Assembly (NCBI GenBank): GCA_003344405.1
Contig: NOWV01000027.1
Span: 434,001 to 498,000, forward strand
DNA: 64,000 nt
Reading direction: 5' to 3'
Source of the DNA: Trichoplax sp. H2
Lineage: Eukaryota
Shown: one piece after another, positions 51,963 through 64,000 of the stretch
How the letters are laid out: each line of letters opens with the position of its first letter
Position numbering within the stretch: the first letter of the stretch is position 1
The notes under the pieces: generated by a model
Seen by the model: only the letters and a program-made list of their open reading frames with translations
What the model was told of the DNA's origin: nothing
Database searches by the model: none
Program-made: the position numbers and the translations under genes

Positions 51963-53080
51963 ACTTGCCGAATGTTGTATATTTGTGGACTAAAGTATGT
52001 AGTCTAACGTTACAATCGCGTGGTAACATAATGATACGATTGTTATTGTATTTATCATCCTAATCTGCATGCGTACAATATTAATTTATTACTTATAATT
52101 ATATTATTATTCCAGAACCTGTATGCAACAAGTCTAAATATATATATGATAATTTATGCGGTGATTTTTCAGGAGTATTGAAATAACCAATTATATTTAT
52201 TGTAATTAATATTTTTTGGATACAAATGAAACTTTCTGAATGATAATTATCACTTGTGTTACTTAATCTATATAAATTCACTTAAAGCCCGAAGTCAGTT
52301 GAAACTTTTTTTCTCTTGGATTATTATTGGACTCAGCTTCGATAATTATAATAAGTACTGCCGTCCTGATACATTATAACTCCTAAATTGTACAGTATAC
52401 GACTACGTTGTTAACTTTCAAAATGGAAATGATTGAAATCTGATTTGATACACGTATACCATCATGTTATCGATCATACCAACTGAAACTTATAATATTA
52501 TGTTTGTACTTCACGCTAGTGTACCATTTTATTCTATTAGTAAGTAATTTGTGGATATTGCTCGTGGTAGAAGTAAGATAATTACGCATATTGTGTAAAT
52601 CTATATAATTTGTACAGCTTATAACAAATTAAAATGCTTTGTAATTATGAGTCTTGTTAATCGATTTGGTTCGGAAAATATGTAGTAATATTTTACATCA
52701 TTAAATAAAATTAAATACGGAAGCTCACAGCGATGGTGAAAAATTTTCTCGAAACTTCTCATATTGATGATTGGCATGGATAACTACGGCTTTAAATTTC
52801 ACACAGATCATTTTGCCGTGGTATGCATATTGCACAGTCCTATTATCATTAATTACGTATATCATTCCGTGCGCTATGGCGCTAAAAATATTGATCAATA
52901 TCAGCAACCATACCCTTTAAATTAAAATTTAATTTATCAACTTAATGTATCATGAAAGATAGAATTCAGCCAGCGATTAGAATTACGATAGTATATTTGG
53001 AATTAGTCCATTGTTATGACGATTACTTGATGTTATCTATCAAATCTACTTTATCATTCATGAACAATAACTTCATGACT

Positions 53081-59046
<5,966 letters not shown>

Positions 59047-59667
59047 GATGAATGGTTATAATTTGTGCTACACTATGCAGGGCGCGTAAAATTGGCAATT
59101 GGCCGATTTCGGATAGGTACGTATCCACTGGTATTGGTAGAATCAAGGATATTTGAAGTCTTTTTGCTAATTTTAAGCTGTCACCAGGCTATTCCAACAA
59201 CATGAAAAGCATTCTCAGGCTTCACAACCCTAGTATAATTTGGAAATAAGTTGATCCGGTGAGCCCATATAAACTGGCCAACATTAAGTAAGATCTTAAT
59301 TATTGTATTACTGGTATAATAAAATCATCATACCTGACAAGCTCCTCATCCAGCTTGAGCTCGCAAATGTTAGAGTACAGTCAATTGCTCTTTCTTCGAT
59401 CAAGCCACAAGCTTGTCCCGAGGAATCCCAAGTTGATCTATATCCTACTGTAGTACTGTACGTATACGCTATACACTACGATTAATCTTAAGATTACTAT
59501 AAATATTAGCAGTTACTTCAACTTACATGACATAAATCGATAGGAGATCATGAATTAATTAATCCTTCCAATAATTAATTCGATCAGAGTAATTTCAAGT
59601 GTGCGCTGCAGTCTCTAGGGGGTGGCACAGAGCAAAATTTCAGCTCGAAGTCCGATTGTTCAGCCAC

Positions 59668-59890
59668 GTGACTGTACAGTGTACAGTACAGCACGGTACA
59701 GTAATGACTGTAAGCGGGTGATACCAGGTACTGTACTGTACAGTACAGTGTACAGTACAGTGTACGGTATGTATTTTACAGTCTTCAGTCCGACCTATTG
59801 TACACTGTACACTGTGAGTGGACAGTACACATTACCAACTTGGTCAAGGTCTTCCAGTAACTCTTGTACTGTTCTGTATGACTACAGTAT
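59668..59890. promoter_or_regulatory. TACAG/CTGTA palindrome cluster in the ~1-kb divergent PEX6/ERCC2 promoter
   Basis: Perfect palindrome ACTGTACTGTACAGTACAGT at 59730-59749 with flanking GTGTACAGTACAG words; the two ATGs are at 59046 (-) and 60083 (+). Function is inferred from position. Confidence 0.55.
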
Positions 59891-60082
59891 CTCACCACTA
59901 CCCTGGTGTTATTAGTGGTATACTGGCTGGAAGCTTGATAGCTGCTGATGGCCCAGGTCTAAATGCAAAATTACATCAATAACTGCCAATATTTCATCGG
60001 ATATTCAACGTTACACAGCAGCGATTTGTCTAGTTTTCCAATTCAGCCCTCAAAACGTCAAAGATTAGGCTAAATTTACATC

Positions 60083-63000
60083 ATGAAGTAAGCAAGAATC
60101 ACGAATTCAACGTATTTATGATATAGTGTTAAGACGAGATGTATGAGTATTTACAATTGTTTGCTACAGAACGATACTGTCATGGTTATTATCAATAGAA
60201 TTCAATTCCACGAAGGCAATAGCATCATTTACGGACTCTAATATTAGTGCATAGCAAACCATTATCGTTAATAGGATGATTGCCATAACCGTATTGATAT
60301 TTAAAAATTGTAATCTGAAGAATAGTACGTGCAATTGTTACAAGTAGCCAATCAATAGAGAATCTTTGCTATGCTGGAAGCGTGCATAGCTGCATTAAAT
60401 GAAATAGCTGCTGAAGGATAATTGCCAGTTGTAGCATCAAAATAGTTTCTGCAATTACAGACCAGTACTAACATGCAGAATTTCTAGTCTACCATTTGTC
60501 ATATAGTCTACTGCTACAGTAAAAATTAGAGATCCTCTCTATTAACAATCATAGTAGGAATAGGATTGCAGGTCAGAAAAAAGTCAAGTGTAGTGTTCAT
60601 CAGTAACTAATTAATATTAACTTAATCTACTACTACAGTTAGAATACTATTGCGAACGTTTGATATCAACTTACTAATCCATCATACCATTACAATAATT
60701 AATTACAGGCGGAAAATACGCTAGCAATCTGAATGATAAATTCCTTTACACTAAATAAGTTATATAGAATCTCCTAAAAGTAATGCATGTCCACGACTTT
60801 TGATAAGCTTATAATGATATCAGTCAAATACCGATATATGTATTTTGTGCTAAATTTGTTAATAAAATCTATTACAGGTTGAATATTGATGGCTTATTGG
60901 TCTATTTTCCCTATGATTATATCTATCCTGAACAATACTCATATATGTGTGAGCTCAAGCGAGCTCTTGATGCAAAGGTTAATATTGTTTACTATTATCT
61001 ATCATAATATTACACTAAACATTCATTATGCTAACTGAACTCATCATCAACTACTTCAATATATTAAACTCTCAAGATAAAGTTGCAACCAATAAAACCA
61101 TTTAGACATATAAATGGTAGCAATAGGAAGAAAAGTAGCTAAAAATTTAAATCATATCACTGCAATAATTTGACACTAGTATTTACTTATATATCATCGA
61201 ATTATGTCACCATTACGATCTGATTTGATATTGAAATAAAGGATCAGAATAGGGTATGATTGTAACTTAATAATTAGCAGCGAAAGTTAACGAAAAAATA
61301 TCCCTAAAAGGGATATTGTAATGGATGCTACAAGTATATCTTTTTCATTGTAGCATCCATGTACTGTTATCTAGCTTTATGATTGGATTCAGATCTTGGT
61401 AGAAGCATTGTGCTACTTAAACTATGTTTATTTTTACATCATGCGACCTTCATCGTCTGGTAAAGTTATAAAACAAAAGTTTTACTATAAAAATACATAT
61501 TAAAATAACTACTCTAGGAATCCAATGCTACAATTTAATATTAAAACGTGTATACAGTAATTATTTTTACTTTTGTAATATGTTTATAGAAATTCTATTA
61601 CTATCAACTACTGTATATATTTCGTATGTTAACCATTTTCAAATCCTGTTAATTCGCTATGCAACTCTCTATCCTTACTATGCAAAGTGGTCTCTTTAAT
61701 GCCAATATTTATTTCTAATATTTAAATTATAAATACTAGTTCATTGCCCACCACCTTGATGGCGGTAACTCATACCTAGCAGTAATTATAATTTCATGCG
61801 TACATTTTAGGAATTCAGTTTCGGTTACATTACTACGTAAAACAACATAATACGTACACTAATACAAAAAAGAGCGTGATATCATATATACATAATACAG
61901 TATAGTGCAGTTGTTATAAATATTTCATAATCTATCAAAATGTTTTATAATAAGTGGTATAGATCCTTACATGTTAGAATTACTTATTTATAGCAGTATA
62001 CAGTATAATTTTAAATTAAATCTCTAGTTTAACTAATTCTATACTCTAATTATAGGGCCACTGCGCTTTGGAGATGCCTTCAGGGACTGGTAAAACTATA
62101 TCCCTATTATCTTTAATTATAGCATATCAAAAGGTATAAATTGTTTCAGTAAATATACAACAACTTGTTAAGAACTTCTACATCATTATTTTAGCAATTT
62201 CTCACGTAACATGACCACAACCTAACTTTCACAGTATGGTAATAATTTAATGAATTACAAATTTATTTAAGGGAATCTCAATTTTGATCACTATAATCTC
62301 AGATCGTATTAATGGCGTTCAATTTTTCCTTGATATAGGTTTATCCGTTGCATATCACCAAATTAATATATTGTTCACGTACAGTACCAGAAATTGAGAA
62401 GGTAAATCTTGTAATCGTTCTTTCAATCATTTCTTTGACGTGTGAAATTTCAAATGCTTGTACAATTGGACAACTAATTCATTTTGTTGGACATAAAGAA
62501 TAACTTTTATTCTTAATATGCTTTCCAGGCGTTGGAAGAAATGAAAATTCTTCTCGAATACTACGAGAAACAAACCGGAGAAAAACAGAAATTTCTTGGA
62601 CTAGGTCTTAGTGCTCGTAAGAATCTTTGTATACACCCAGAGGTAGGCTACCACGCTAAAACTGTTGCTTTATGTACTAACTTTAGAGGGAATTAGTAAT
62701 TAGTATTTCATTTGCAGATCAGCAAAGAACGTGATGGTAAGGTTGTTGATGGCAGATGTCTTGGTTTAACTGCATCTTATGTACGTAGAAACCATCAACA
62801 AGATCGATCAGTAGAAGTTTGCAGCTTTTTTGAGGTATATTATTTCTAATTGCAATCTTCCATGTATTCAGTAAAGAAATTAGGTTAATGATTATATATA
62901 ATTGTATGCGATTTATATAACAAAATATTTATCAAATTATGTGGCTTCTCTGATAACATTATAGAAATTTGATACATTTGGTCGAGACTCTGTTTTACCT

Positions 63001-64000
63001 CCTGGAGTCTATAACCTGGTAAGATTTCTTAGTTGTATACTTTTCTGCACTAAATCTTATCAAATGGTAATAAATAATCTTTTCTATTCTTCTTAGGATG
63101 ACTTAAAAGACTTTGGTGCAAAACAAGGATGGTGTCCTTATTTTCTTGCTCGGCATTCAGTAAATAGAATATACTCGTATTATAATATGGACGTTTTAAT
63201 CAAATTTAAATTTAATTTATTACGGTATATCGTAGTGTTCGTTATAATTAAAATTTTTTATCTATTGTTCAATCTTAGTAATGATTTGTTAACTACAAGT
63301 ATGTAATAAAGTACTAAAGTGTATTATTTAATAGATCTTGCACGCAAATGTGGTGGTGTATAGCTATTATTACTTGCTAGATCCGAAAATTGCCGATTTA
63401 GTATCTAAGGAAATGTCTAAACAATCTGTAGTGGTCTTCGATGAAGCTCACAACATTGGTATCTGCCTTTGACTTCACAGCAACCAGATAATGCAAAATA
63501 TATCGCTACGTTTAAAACAAATTACAACTTAAATTTCGATCTTTCCGACTTCATCTAGATAACGTTTGCATTGAATCTATGACTGTAAAGATATCTAGAA
63601 AAACCATTGATAGATGCCAAACCGCCTTAGACGTTATGGATAAGAAAGTTAAAAAGTAAAATTTTTACCTTGCAATAACTATGTTCAATAGTTAAAAGTA
63701 TTTATCGACATTAGTGTTTAACCAAATTTTTTATACATCTCTTAACATATTATAAAGGATTAAGGAAACCGATAAAAAGAAACTTCAAGAAGAATACCGA
63801 AGATTAGTTGAAGGTATTTACTTAATACCGGATAAAACCATTGCTTTGTTAATGTACATTAATGATTGTCGTTAATTCAAGGACTTCGAGCTGCAAATGT
63901 ATCAAGAGAAACTGATATGATACTTGCCAATCCCGGTAAAATATTATTATAAATTGATCTCTAGTTACATTATATCAATAAGGTATATAATTCACGATAC
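60083..64000 (+). CDS. ERCC2: TFIIH helicase XPD (ERCC2/Rad3), 5' part; gene continues beyond the window
   Basis: 5-nt first coding exon ATGAA|gtaag, then [79 protein letters not shown] (Fe-S region), [41 protein letters not shown]. Confidence 0.97.

Noticed and set aside
59604..59632. CTCF-like motif TGCAGTCTCTAGGGGGTGGCAC in the PEX6/ERCC2 promoter
   Set aside because: Single imperfect match; CTCF is considered bilaterian-restricted and the organism appears non-bilaterian.

Overview
AT-rich eukaryotic genomic DNA with compact genes and many short (~70-200 nt) GT-AG introns. The gene content is animal-type. Style and compactness suggest a non-bilaterian such as the placozoan Trichoplax (inference, not proven). 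I assembled ten genes by hand from splice sites and translation: GNPAT-like (-, runs off the left end), RCE1 (+), CCDC170-like (-), TADA2B/ADA2b (+), a PTK7-like receptor pseudokinase with nine Ig domains (-), an unrecognised 12-exon Ser/Lys-rich gene (-), a single-exon Myb/SANT-like coiled-coil ORF (-), a divergent ACOT7-like double-hotdog thioesterase (+), PEX6 (-) and ERCC2/XPD (+, runs off the right end). No tRNA, rRNA, CRISPR or intact transposase was seen. The most striking non-coding signal is a self-complementary TACAG/CTGTA pentamer code (e.g. ACTGTACTGTACAGTACAGT). It forms dense clusters near gene 5' ends, including all three divergent promoters, and is not clustered in internal exon-dense regions. 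A gap-flanked duplication at 3.4-5.8 kb looks like two haplotypes assembled in tandem, and they differ in the size of one such cluster. Gene identities rest on remembered family motifs; no database search was run.
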